A DNA stretch of 64,000 nucleotides from Blastocystis sp. Blastoise (GCA_039096225.1 JBBPEB010000034.1:62001-126000); one strand, 5' to 3'. Positions 31,091-57,190 are shown, numbered from the stretch's first letter. Numbers and translations are program-made. The notes: generated by a model not told the origin, from the sequence alone.

Positions 31091-31316
31091 ATTTATATTC
31101 CTAATAACATTTATATTATTATTATATTCTATAGCATTTATATTATTATTTATATTCTATAACATTTTTATTATTATTTATATTCTATAACATTTATATT
31201 ATTATTTATATTCTATAACATTTTTATTATTATTTATATTCCTAATAACATTTATATCATTATTTATATTCCTAATAACATTTATATCATTATTTATATT
31301 CCTAATAACATTTATT
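31091..31316. repeat. Intergenic minisatellite, about 8 copies of a 28-30 bp unit (TTTATATTCCTAATAACATTTATATCATTA)
   Basis: Visible tandem copies with two variant types. Confidence 0.85.
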
Positions 31317-31990
31317 ATTTGCTATTGTATACATATATAATAATGAATCATAACCTTAATAAACATATATATAGTTAATGAAAATCTATGTGTGTTCCTC
31401 TTTAGTATCAAATCAAAGTTAATTTCTATATAAAAGATATATGTGAATATTGTTCCATGATATAACAGTCCTTATTATCTATATGAAAATATAGATAACT
31501 ATAGAGGCAGTATTATTATAACTGGTTATATCAATATACAATAGAGCTAGTCTATATATATATAAATATAGATGCAAAGCATCTCATATTTATAGATTTC
31601 TCAAAGAGAATATTCAGAAAAATGAGCAATGCTCGACATAATTCTATTATGTTTAACAAGAGTAGTTACTACTCGATTACTTTTAATCAAAAGATAGATT
31701 TTATTAAAATCATCTATTGAACTGTTTGGATATATATTCATAAATTATCTTTTATATGAAACGCCATTATACTTTATAAGTATATATATAAAAAACATTT
31801 ATTTGTTTAGTTCATTGTTAAATAAATTTATTATAAAAATTGAAAATACGCAATACAAACAAAACAAAATAATTATAAAAATATGAAACTCATACACATT
31901 CATTTATGAAAAATGAAAAGAAAAAAGATAGAATAAACTATAAAACTTTAAAAATCTCAAAAAAATGAAGATTTAAAAATTCTTCTTTAT

Positions 31991-33115
<1,125 letters not shown>

Positions 33116-34589
33116 TCAATGACGCAATGAAACTGACATTCATTTAACTGGTTATTCATTTTGATGACAACTACATGATGAATAGCTAGTCATCCATCGT
33201 TCAACCATTATTTTTCTTATTTTCTAAATTAGAAATAAAAGAAGATTCTATTGATTTAGAAAATAATGACTCTCTCATATGAAATATTATTAACCAATGA
33301 AAAGGTAGTACTATGTCCTTGTCATACATGAAGAATGATGACGAGTCTTCATTCCAAAACGTCTCTAATATTCCAGAACAATCTCATTGTCTTCTCATTC
33401 TTTCTCAATTCTCCAAATGAATGGATAAGCAAATCTCCTTTTTCTCTTGTTTATTCTTCAATTTCACTTTTTATCAACTTTCATTTGCTATTTTTCTATT
33501 TTGTGATATTTATTCGTATTTCTTTGAATAGCTGGTTGATACATATAAAAATATATGCATTTTATTTTAATAAAATAACATAAATTAAACTTTTTCTAAA
33601 GATTTTCTTTAAAATAAGCAATTATTGAATATAAAACAATATAGATAAACAATCTGAAGTGTTCATCAATCATAAAATAATGCTTATTTGGCTCTAGTAA
33701 TCGTTTCTCCTTTAATCATTTAAATTTCTACTATTTTAATTGTTAGAACCATTTACTATTGTATGCAGAGACATTGGAGTATTCTAGAATTTAAGAATAT
33801 AGATCACCCTACTAATTTTAATGAAAAGAAATAATATTTTGAAAAAGAAAGTGATTTTCTAGTCAGAAAACAAAATTTATTATGTCATTTATAATCTACA
33901 TACACATATATAAAGAGTAGCTAGATAAACGAACTAAAACTCAATAGTAGATTCCCAAAAACAACAAAATTATGTATAACTCCTTATCTAAATATTATGT
34001 AATCAATCGAGTGTACTTTTCCTTATAGGAAACTAAATGAACGATATTTATAAATAACTTCTTTATCAAATTGAAACTAAACTTTATTTATTTATAATAG
34101 CATATATATTAATCAAATAAGATTACTATGTAATAAATAGAGATCCTATTTTTCAAATAAAAATCATCAAATCAATCAATGGTCTCCAAATTAACTAACG
34201 CATATATTTTAAATGATAATCTAATATTGTCTATTTATTTTGATATGAAGAATCTATGTAATAAAATATATTCTAAATGACGATTTAAATTTAAAGATCG
34301 AAATGTAATAGACTTTAAGAATATGTAACTTTTCAAATGTGTTCAACTAATGAAATACCTTCATTGAATAATCATGGGAAATACTTTTGATAAACTAGAG
34401 AAATAATAGAAACCCGTGATCTTTTTTGAAAAAGAGAAGAAAAAAAAGAAAATGTGCATTCCCCTTATTTTCTGCAGATTCTTTTAAATTCAAAGTGATA
34501 ACATTTATTTTTAAAGTTTATACAGTGTATAGACCGAAAAATTAATATATACAATTTTGTTTTATTATATATTTAACGTTGTCTCTCCT

Positions 34590-36559
34590 ATGGCTTCAGA
34601 CAATATAAAAATATTACAATTATGTTCACCATTCTTGACTGTATGTTCTTTAAATATCTTTAATTTGATTTTTTCAATGTTAGATTCAAGATATATTCTC
34701 TTTACGATGTGTTTGTAAAGAATATAGTCAATATATGTTTATATTTCTATTTTTTATTTATTGTTTATCTGTTTTAATGTGATTATAATGTTATTCAGGG
34801 AGTCAAGATATGAATTCACAAATTAATGGATTAGTTTATAATGATATTCCTCCTCATAATTTAACAAAGTATTTTTTTCTATAGAATTTTTTATTTATAT
34901 ATAATCAATATATTATATAGATATTGGAATTATTGTCTTCATATTGATAAATTAAATTATCATTGTTTTAATATGTATGATAAATTGAAAAGTCATATAA
35001 ATCAGTATCATTCTCATGAAACTCAAGGAATTTATGGTATGCTTGTGTGTTTTTTTTTGTTATTTATTATATGTTTAGTATTATTATAGTTATATTATTA
35101 TTATTATTGTTATTTATTATTATTATATGTTTTTTATTATTATGTGTTTATTATAATATTTCTTTATAGGGGAGATTAGCCGAGATATCGGTCGAACATT
35201 CCCGTTACACCCGTTATTTCGCGATGAAAAAGGAATTGGTCAACAAATGCTGAAGAATGTCCTTCTGGTTTCTTCGGAATATGTGAATTCTATTGGCTAT
35301 TGTCAGGTATATTTTATTTATTATTCTTTTTTTTATTTCACTTATTTATTACTTTACTTATTATTATTTTTTTTATTCATTATTTTTTATATATTTTCTA
35401 CTTTTATTATTCTTTTTTATATATTTTATATTATTATTATTCTCTTATTATGTTTCTCTCTATTTTATTTACCTGTTATTATTCCGTATAGGGTATGAAC
35501 TTCGTTGCTGGTGCGCTATTAATTTGTGAAGTAGACCCCGATATCAGTCAGTTCTCTTCTGCTTATGATGATAATAATGATATATTAGATTATACTATGT
35601 ATATATATATGTTTATTATATTTATTATTATATTTATTATATATAGTTCTCATCAATTACAAATTGAAAAGAATGTGTTTCGTACGTTAGTTGCCGTTAT
35701 CAATACGTTACAAATGACGTGTCTGTGGTCAGCAGGAATCCCTGGATTACAATTATATACATATATTCTTAATGATTATATTAAGTATATATATAATATT
35801 ATTATCATAGTATTGTTATATATTATTATTATAATATTGTTATATAATCATTATTATTATAGTATTGATATATAATATTATTATCATAGTATTGTTATAT
35901 ATTATTATTATAGTATTGATATATAATATTATTATTATAGTATTGTTATATAATATTATTATTATAGAGTTTATATACCTGATCTCTATGTTCACTTTCA
36001 AGAGATCGGATTCGATGTGTCCATTCTTATTACCAAGTGGTTCCTTACACTTTTTGCTTATGTATATTTTGGCTTATTATTCTATTTATTATTTTATTTA
36101 TTTTATTATTATATTTATTATTATATTTATTATATGTATTATATCACTATATATATATATATAGACACTTCCTTTTTCGTTATTGTTCAAAGTTTGGTCA
36201 TTCATTTTTAAACATAAATGGTGTGCTATATTTCGTGTGTCAATTTCACTACTTCTATATATAAAACGAGCTATTTTCTCTATGGATTTAGTAGATACTT
36301 CAAAATACCTTCAAACCATTAAGAGTAATTTATTTAGAGATAAACGAAGTATTCGTGATTTATTACTTATTGCAGCAAAACTAAATACTGTATATTATTA
36401 TACTTATCTATTAATTATTATATGTATAATAGATATATTAATATACTCATTTATATTATTATCATAGATAACACCTGAAGATCTTCAAATGAAAGAAACA
36501 CAATGGAACACAATGGAACTCAATAATTTAAAACGACAAGATATTATTCATCAATCTCA

Positions 36560-36594
<35 letters not shown>

Positions 36595-37198
36595 TATATT
36601 TATCTATATATATATATATAGAAAGGTAGCTACATATATGCAGCGTCATGAACAAGTGGAACAAGATATAAAGACGTTACAAACGAAGCTAGATTCCTTA
36701 ACGGAAGATGAGTATACGCTGAAAAGCATATTTTATTCATGTTTGCACGTGTTTGAAGAACGTGATAGTGAACGTAAAGAACTGATTCAACGAAAAGAAG
36801 TATATATATATATATGTATTCTATAGTATTCTATATTATTATTTGATAGATTTTAAGGAAGCAGGTAGAAGATTTAATGCATCAAGAATATTATGGTATA
36901 TATATATATAATACTATTATATATATCTATATATATATATATATATATATATATAGATAATAATTATTCAGATGTTTCAGAGTCTACGACGATAATAAAA
37001 ACTGACATTCAATTTATATGCAAGAAAATATCACAGTTGGATTCTGAGTTAACGGATGTTGAAAGTCACGTGAGTCTTGAAAAGTCACATGTAGAAGAAG
37101 CTCAAGCTAATTGGGAAGAGTTATTAGAAAGAAAGGCCTCGTTAGGAGCTCAATTATTAGAATTAATTAAAGAAAAGCAAAGTATCGGATACTCTTAA
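34590..37198 (+). CDS. TBC-domain Rab GTPase-activating protein with F-box-like N-terminus and C-terminal coiled coil, about 12 introns
   Basis: ISRDIGRTFP (R-finger), GYCQGMNFVAG (Q-finger), TKWFLTLFAY, KVWSFIF..W.AIFRVSISLL. Confidence 0.9.
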
Positions 37199-37461
37199 TA
37201 TATATATATATATATATATTACTATTTATAAATTTTTTATATTTTTAACTCCTTTTTTTATATACATATATATTTATGGGAATTATTATTTTTTATCTCT
37301 ATATATATCAAAGATTTTTATTTTGATTCGTTAATCATAATTTATTATATATATATATATATGTATATGTAAAATTATTCTTCTTATTTCTCTATCTGAC
37401 TCTCTATCTCTCTCTTTATTTCACATCATAAATAAATATTTCTTTTTATATACTATTTGGA

Positions 37462-37512
<51 letters not shown>

Positions 37513-39115
37513 TTTTTATTTTTATCATTTTGACTTTTAGCAGTCAGTTTTAAATATTTATATATATATACATATTTTACTGTATACCTATTAATGTAGT
37601 TTATTTTATAGAATTCATATATATTCATTATGAGTTTGTAAAAACATTAAAATATGTATATAGATAAATCAGTTTTATTTATTTTTATTATATTTCATTT
37701 CTATTTAATTAATTTTTTTTTTGTTTTTATATAATAATGAAATAATATTTTATATAAATTGTATATAGTGTTTTCTGTTATAATTATTTGCTATTTTTTA
37801 ATTTGTTCTATATTTATATTTGTTTTTATATGTATATTACTATTACTATATATATTTATTAATTTTTAAATAAAAAATGTTCTTCATAATGGTATATACA
37901 AATGTATATAGTTTATCAATTTATGATTTTTTATTTTCATTTCCATATATAGTTTTTAATGTATATTTATATTATATATACAATTTATGTTAATATATTT
38001 ATTATACATTTTATTTTATTTCCAAACTTTCTTTAGATTTATGTTTCCTTTTATTGTCAATATTTTGTTATTAATATACATTTTTTTTTTTGTTTCGTTT
38101 TCACTAATATTATATATATATTAAGTTGTTACTCTTTAGTTATTTAACATAGGCAATTGTTATGTTTATATTATTCTATGGACTTTTATTCTTTCCTGTT
38201 ACAGTTATTATCTATTCATTTTTGTTATATTTATCTCTTTTTCAATGATAATAACTATAAAATACATCAAATGTCATACACTATTATTATTATTTATATA
38301 TATCACAAATTATAAATATTCTCATTTATTTATAATTGAACTAACTATTGATTGAGTTACTATACTACAACTAATCAAATAGTAATGGCATTATTAAAGT
38401 CTATATATTCTATATAATGTACATCTATATATAACGTTTTTATTTATATATTATATTCAATAACAAACTTGTCAATAACTAGTTTATTTCATATATGTAT
38501 CAATTATTCTTTAAAAAAGTACTCTCCTTAGTATTCTATTCATGTTATGATGTCCCATAAATATATTATTTCAAATACTAAATAATCAAATCCTTTAAAA
38601 GTGTTTCTATTTCATATATTTCAGAAAAAAAAAACAACGTGATCATTAAAAAAAAATAAAATTCACAAGTCAACAAATTGAAGATACGTGAAAGTATGAA
38701 AAAGCAAAGCAGAATTATAGAATTTAAATATGCTTGCATATTATTATTAAATAGAAAAGAAAAACGTAAATATATATGAATTACTTTATATATATATATA
38801 GAATTTAGAAAAAAAAAATTATATATATATATATAGGAATATAGGAATGAAGAAAAAGATATTATAAAAGTAAAATGAATATATAATAATAATAATATTA
38901 TAAAACATAATAAAACTATTCTCAGAAATGTATTTTATATTTAAAAAAAAAAGATAGATAATAAAATGAATAATGATTATATAGATTACAGTAAACAACT
39001 ATGAACATATACACTTATATATAGGAAAGAAAAGCATAATAGAGATAATATGTTTTGTATTCAATTATCTTATTAACATATACATTAATTGGTATATATA
39101 TACATTTTGAATTAT

Positions 39116-40114
39116 TTACAATAATAAATCTTCTTCTTCATCATCATTAACATCTTCCAAATCCATACTTTCATCACTATCATTATCTTCATACTCTATA
39201 TATTAATATATAATTATTATTATTATTAATATATATATATATACCTTGAACTTTTTGAGGATCAGGGTGATTAATAGCGATAATATTCTATAGAATAATA
39301 ATAATAATAATAATAATAATATAATAGTTATATATATACATCACCATCAACAAGAATACAACCACAGAAAGCATCTTGACAACCATGATCCTATATAGTA
39401 TTATAATCATAATCATAAACAGAATCATAAATATACTATTAATAATAATAAATATAATAATAAATATAATCATAATAATAAATATAATAATAAACATAAT
39501 CATAATAAACATAATCATAATCATAATCATAATAAACATAATAATAGCCTATATATACTCTAGAAGTACTAAAGATAGTGATGACTTTTCCTCCTTTACT
39601 AATATTAATACCCTTCTGTGTGGGTTCATGAGCTCTCAATACATAGCTGAGGCCATTCTTCGAAAGGAAGTCCGTGACAGCCTTATTACCAAAGCAAATA
39701 GCACCAGGACCTCTCTCTCCTTCTCCAAAACCAGTTTTATCCAAATGCTTCTCTTGCTGAGCTTGTGCGGGATCAGCCCAGAGAAGATCATTCGCTAATT
39801 GTTTTAATTCTTTAGTTTCACTAGGATTATCTGAAGGACGAATAGCAGCAGGAACAGGAATGGTATTAATACTATTAATATGAGCAGCTTCTTCATTCGC
39901 AAGAGGACGAGGAATACCTCCGTGAACACAGAAAATAGCTTCATCAATAGTAGCAGCAAAAGGAAGACAATCAAAAACAGCATTAGCAGCATTCCATACC
40001 TTACGACCTAACGTAACACCAAAACGGGCCTTACACTGGCCCAAGAAGCAACGCATTCCATAAAAGGATTCCCAACCCTATATATATATAAATAGTATTA
40101 GTATTATTAGTATT

Positions 40115-40183
<69 letters not shown>

Positions 40184-40591
40184 ATAATATATAGATATTA
40201 TATATATACATTAACAGCACGTAATTCATGGTTACCTCTTAATAAGAATACTTTATCACTTAACATAATCTTTTGAGCAAATAAATAAGATAAAACCTAA
40301 AAATATATATATAATATAGAATATAGAATAAAATAAAAATAATAATATATAAATAATAAATAATAATAATTTTAAAAAAACACAACTATATATAAATACT
40401 TCTAAGGAGTATTGACCTCTATCGACATAATCTCCTAAGAATAAGAAACTACCAGGAGCTAAATGCATTCCTAAAGGCCATAATATACGAGCAAATGCTA
40501 ATAAATCAGGAAGATTTCCATGGAAATCACCAAATACATAAACAGGGGATTGAATCTTAAGTAAACGACTTTCATTCATTAAAATTGTACG

Positions 40592-40660
<69 letters not shown>

Positions 40661-41184
40661 CAACATCATATAAAATATTTCAAAAAATAAAAATAAAACA
40701 TACGAACTTGAGCACATTGATTAATGAAAACTTCAGCAAATTCTTCAGTTTGGAAATAAGGAATAGGGACAGGTTGTGATTTACATTTCTCAATAAGTTC
40801 TTCATAAACTTCTTCATGATTTTCTTCAGGCATATTTTCTAGTACTTCACGACTAATTTGAGAAGCAGCTCTATAGATATATATATAAATAACATGAGAC
40901 AAATAAGCATTAAAAGAATATATAAAAATGATATCAAGAATAAGAGTTATAAAAAAATACCTCGAAATTCTGTTCTTCATAACATTGTTACGATAAAAAG
41001 TATATAAGGTAGGAGCAATAGAGAAGTTCTTCTTCTTGGTCATACTTTCAGAGACAGCTAACTTTTCTTTAAGAGTATTAAGTTCTTGAGTGAGTCTGAT
41101 ACAATTTTGACAAGGAGTCGTAGAATCAACCTTCTTAGCAACTTCTTGTGTTTCTTCCTTCTTCTTACCTCTCTTTAAAAACAT
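39116..41184 (-). CDS. PPP-family Ser/Thr protein phosphatase (atypical C-terminal motif), 7 introns
   Basis: GDFHG, GDYVDRG, LRGNHE, CVHGG, DLLWADP, LRAHE, FSTSRDHG; acidic tail; TAA 39116. Confidence 0.93.
40591..40703 (-). other. Putative GT-AC intron
   Basis: GTATGT...TATATAAC; removal gives QCAQVR-TILMNESRLLKIQSPVYVFGDFHG. Confidence 0.7.
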
Positions 41185-41631
41185 TCTTTATCAAATTCTA
41201 TTTAAAAATATATATATATAAGAATTTATATTCAAAAATATATTTACACAATCTATTTTTTCTTTTATCAAGAAGAGAATATTTTTTAGGCGATCTTTTT
41301 ATTGGCTAAATCGAGATCATCTGCTTACAAATAATCATGAAAATCTTTTAAGAAACAGTGATCAAATGAATTATTTTCATTTTTCAAAAAAAAAAGAAAT
41401 TCCTAAAAAATTCCTTCAACTTTGTGTTTTTTCATTTTGACTTTGGTTTATATTTTTCTGTTTTATTCGCGGTTATTTATTGAGGAATAAAAAACCACGA
41501 GAATCACCAAAAAGACTCAAGTTTTTTAGAAAAATTCAGTAATAAAGCTGTTTTTTTACTTTTTTTAATAGAAAAGAAAGGTTATTTCTATTTTTTATTT
41601 GTTTACATTGATTTGTGAATATTTTAAAGAA

Positions 41632-43448
<1,817 letters not shown>

Positions 43449-44053
43449 ACATCATACTTTTATATTAATACATTGTTTATTCCTATTTGTTCAGTTTTAC
43501 TTTTTGTGTTTTTATAAATTCTATATGTGTTTATATAAATATTTTGGTTGGTTTCTCATATTGTTTCTTTCATAATAAATAGTTTTGTAAAATATTTTTG
43601 TATACGATTCTATTATTAATATTCTTTAATAAATATACTGTTGTGAAAAAACATTTTAGATATTTTTTTAAATACAATATGAAATCTTTATAATACTATA
43701 GTATTCCTTTAAATATAAATGTATATAAATAGCATTCAAAAACTACAAATATATGAACAAAAACAAATAAATACTATATACCCTATATATGAATGACATC
43801 TACGTGAATAACAAGATATAATAGATTTATGTATTAATGAATAAAAGAAATATAAGAATATATATACATATATTGAGTATTATAGTTATTTATACAAAAA
43901 TGGATTATTAAAAATAGAGATATACATATGCCACTAATAAAATATAGATACTTATTGAATGTAACAAAGAAAAAATGTAGAAATAGAATATATATATATA
44001 TATATATATTTGTATATAAAATTCTATTTAAGTAATTAATATAAAGATTAATT

Positions 44054-44765
44054 TTAACAACATTTCTTATCTTCTTTTGTTTTCTTACCAATTTCAACTA
44101 TGTATATATTTTATATTTAGTAACAATAAGATATATAATAATTAAAAAAAAGTATTTTGAAAAATATATATTATATATATTATATATATAAATGTATATA
44201 GTTAGAAATACCTATTTCTGCTTCTTGTTTTTCATTTTCTTCCTTGACGGGTTCACTCTTCTTCTTCATAATTAAACGAGCAATCTTTTCAAAAGTCTCA
44301 TTAATATTAATATTTTCTTTAGCAGATACTTCAATATAAGGGATTTCAACACTTTCAGCAAAGTTTTCAGCTTCTTCTTTTGTTACTTGACGTTCAGGTA
44401 AATCAACTTTATTACCCACTAAAACCTTAGGAACACCTTCAGGAGAATTCTAAAAGAATAATGAAAATAAGAAATAGTATTATTAATATTTTTAATGTTT
44501 ATTTTTAATGTTTATTTTTAATGTTTATTTTTATATTATTATATCATTTATAAATTATAATTCAATAATAAAAGGATATATATTAATAGAATATATTGTA
44601 ATATATAGAATATATTTATATACTTCTTCAATTTGCTTCATCCACATACGAATGTCTTTAAAGCTGCTCATAATAGTAACGTCAAATACTATTAATATAC
44701 CCTATATAGAAAAGACATAATAATTATTATTATTATTATTATTATATTTATTATTATTATTATTA

Positions 44766-44801
<36 letters not shown>

Positions 44802-45330
44802 TTATCAAAAATATTATTATTCCATATTTATCAACAATATAATCATAATTCTATTATGCTATATATATACATCTAAGTTACGAAGATAAGCTTTAGCAAT
44901 TGCTCTATAACGTTCTTGACCTGCAGTATCTGTTACCTATATAATTATACATATATACAACTATTCTAGTAATTATTCAAAATCAAAGAATGATCAACTT
45001 TAAAAACAAGATAATTTTATTATTAAAAAAACATACTTCAACTCTAACATTTTGACCATCAATCGTAATATCCTTAAAAGAATAATCAACACCCTATATA
45101 TTTCATAAATAAGTTAAGCATATCCTTATAAACATCAAAATAATAATCAGTACATTCTTAAAAAACTAAAAAATAGGAATACATACGACTGTTGTAATAA
45201 AATCAGTATTGAAAGAATCTTTCATATATCTATTAATAATAGAACTCTTACCGACAGCAGAATTACCAATAACGTGAATCTTATATCCAGCTCCAGTAAT
45301 AGGAGAAGTAGCACCAGAATTAGAAGACAT
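44054..45330 (-). CDS. Divergent Rab GTPase (Rab1/Rab8-like), 5 introns
   Basis: GNSAVGKS, TTVGVDY, DTAGQERY, GNKVD, EVSAK, C-terminal KKCC prenylation motif. Confidence 0.92.
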
Positions 45331-46680
45331 CTATTATTCTAATTTTATTTAATTAAAAATTACTTTAGCAAAAACGTAATAAATTGTGAGTGAGAAAGAA
45401 AAACAAAAAAGAGATTTTTTTTCAGCAATCACTATCTTCTTTGAAATCTTCACTTTCTTGTGAATCCCCACGGGAATGTAGATTCAATTACGCTGTAAAT
45501 TTATAATTTCTATAAATAAGAAACTACTGAACAATACTAAATCCCTTATTTCCGGCTGAAAAATGAAACCTGAATTAATGTATTTACTATTGCTACTAAT
45601 CATAGAGTCATATATACTCGTATTAATAATTACGACTCAAGTGTCATCATGATGACACATATAGAAATATTCAACTCTAATTCAATTGTAATGAATAACG
45701 AATGTGATGTTTTATTATATATATATCATTCTTCAGGTAGCATAAAAAATGCCCTCATGATCTAACCTCTTTAAATATTAGTTTGTCACTCAGTATATTT
45801 TCATTGAACGATGGTTAGGGCTCTCTATCTTCTTATACTTAAATATTCTGCTCATAGAATCAAAAATAATGAGATTATATTGATGTATATAACATAAATA
45901 ATGAAGAAAACTTGTTTAAAAAACTGGAACTCTTTTAAAAAGTGCTAAAAGGAATAATATCCAATCTTACTACATTAGATCATTAAACTACCATTTTACT
46001 TTCTTTTGAATATCTTACCGTAAGTTGATTTCGACAATTTTTCGTAAATTAATATTGTTGATCACCAAGTATTCATTTTCAAATTGCATCAAGAGCACCT
46101 TTATCATAATTTCCATTTTTCTATAATAACTCCATCACAACAACAATCCTTTTTTATAGAATTTATACGATTTATTACAGTTCTAAGCATCATTGATTCA
46201 TCATTTATTCTTATTTCACTTTCACTTTATTCTATTATACTGTCTAAACAAAAACTAGCAAAAATACTAAAAAAACAAATGTATCAACAAGATTTACTTA
46301 TAAGCATCCATATTATCAACCAATCCGTAGATGATCTCAATAAAATCAGAATGAATATACTCATTCTTTAGTATACTTTAAATAGAACGAAAGCAATTCT
46401 ATTTATTCAAAAATAAAAAATATATTTATTCTTTCTGAATAATCATGTTTCTTTCTATTGATTTGACTATTTTTGTGTAATTATTCGCAAAACAAAAATA
46501 TCTTTAGATAATCATGGAATTATGTATTTCTACAAGTCAAAAACGAATTTCTCTCATTCTCAATAACAACATTCGATTATATGGTGGAAACAACTTCTCT
46601 TTTTCTATCATGACTTTTTTTTAGAACAATAAAATATTTTCTTTTCATTATTTTCTAATTATTCTAATTCATTCATAACA

Positions 46681-47914
46681 ATGGTATTGACTTATTTAAG
46701 AAACTCTCTTTACTTATATTAGTTCCGTCTTGCTACTATTGCCAAAACTCTTCCCGTTAAGTCTACTGTCACAGTATTCAACAAAAGTGTAGTTTCTTAT
46801 TTCCATTCTTCTGCTCGCTTATTTGAAGAGGAAAAGAAAACTGCTGAAGCTCCTAAAACTGAAACTCCTAAAACGGAAGCTCCTAAAGATGCTAAGCGTA
46901 TGTTAGATATATATATATTTATTGCTTTGATCTTTTTTTATTTACGTTAATGTTTATATACATATTTAATCATTTATAATATTCATTATTGTGTATATTC
47001 CTTTTTATTACTAATTACTATTATGTATATAGCAGCTGAAGTTAATGTAGCTGATCTCCAAAAGAAACTTACTGAATTAGATAAAGCTGTATTTATATAT
47101 TATTATATTTAATAGTCTATAATTTCTTTTATCTCTTTATATAGAATAAAGATTTAAAAAATCAAAATTTACGTTTACTTGCTGAAATGGAAAATGTCAG
47201 AAATATTGCTAGACGTGATGTTAATAAGTATTTATATTGTTTATTTATATTATTTTATTTAATTTTTTTTATATTATTGATTTATTTTTTTATTTAATTT
47301 TATTCTATTATATAAGTGATACTATACTATTCTATTATACATTACTATATAATGAACGATCTTATGCTCTTCAGAAGTTTGGTAAATCCCTCTTAAGTGT
47401 ATGTGATAACATGGATTTAGCCCTTAAGCATGTACCGAAGAATGAAATAGAAGGAGATAAACCTAATGCTGTATGTATTTATTATATTGTTATATTTATT
47501 TATTTATTATATTTATTATTATATTTATTATATTTATTATTATATTTATTATATTTAATTATTGTTATTTATTCTATATATAATAACATGTATATATAGT
47601 CTTTAGTTAGTTTATATCAGGGATTGATTATGACTCAACAGGAATTAACGAAAGTATTAGGTTCTCAAGGAATTGTTAAATTTGGTGTTGAAGGTGACGC
47701 ATTCAATCCTAATGTTCACGAAGCTATGTTTAATATACCTTATACTGAAGGTGCTAAAGAAAATAGTATTGGTCAAGTATATAATTCTATATTATTATTC
47801 CTATCCAATCTATATTTATATATATATATATAGGTAATTACTACAGGTTATATGTTTAAAGATCGTGTTATGAGACCCTGTAAGGCAGGTATCATCGGTA
47901 AAAAACAAAACTAA
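46681..47914 (+). CDS. grpE: Mitochondrial/MRO GrpE (Mge1) nucleotide-exchange factor, 6 introns; first coding exon is just ATG
   Basis: Presequence-like M-FRLATIAKTLPVKSTVTVFNKSVVSYFHSSARLF; LRLLAEMENVR; ALQKFGKSLLSVCDN; FNPNVHEA; GYMFKDRVMRP. Confidence 0.93.
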
Positions 47915-48673
47915 TATATATATATATATACATACATTGGAATCAATTCCAAAAATATATATATACATTTATAAAGACTTATATTCAATTTTTCTTATTT
48001 TCTCTATTATATTCCTTTTTTTATCTTTATTTATGTATATCATATATACATATATTATCTATTTAATTGAATTTGTTAATTGCTTTGTGGTTGTATCAAT
48101 AGACTTTTTTCTTTTTTTTTTTTTGTTTTAAATAAGTCTTGTTTTTTTCTTTTGTTTTTTGTGAGTAATATATAGTCATTTCATGTTCAAAAAGCAATCT
48201 TTTAATAAACTACATTGTTAAAACTTATTTAACTGAATTAATAGAAAAACAATTTATTTTCTATTTTCAATTTCTTTTAATACAGAACATACATATACTT
48301 AACTCGTCTCTTCTATAATGAAGTATAATAGTAAATAAAAAAAAAATTCAAATATAAAATTTCCAATTCATCCTAGTTTATATGGAATTCTATAAAAAAA
48401 ATAAACTCCTCATACATAAATAAATATAATCGATATTTATAAACTAATTTATAATTCTAAAATAATTCTAAAACATACATAAAACAAATTTTCAAAAGAA
48501 ATCATTACAATAACAATGTCAATTTTTAAATTAAACTTTTGAAAATCAGAAAAACAAGGAAATTTTTTTGATTTTTTCTCGGAATATGAAATTATCTATT
48601 CATTTGATTGTTTTATCAAGTCTATTAAAAGTTTAACTAGTCAACTTTACTTATTAGGGTTTAAATATATCAG

Positions 48674-57190
<8,517 letters not shown>

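Noticed and set aside
31091-31316. CRISPR-like array
   Set aside because: Tandem units without unique spacers, eukaryotic context, no cas genes
34727-34798. Possible AT-AG intron in the TBC gene (ATATGT donor)
   Set aside because: An in-phase GT donor (GTCAAT) exists; cannot be decided without cDNA
37199-39115. Long convergent intergenic region as a hidden gene or mobile element
   Set aside because: Very low complexity, T-rich then A-rich as expected for two facing 3' ends; no ORF or terminal repeats seen
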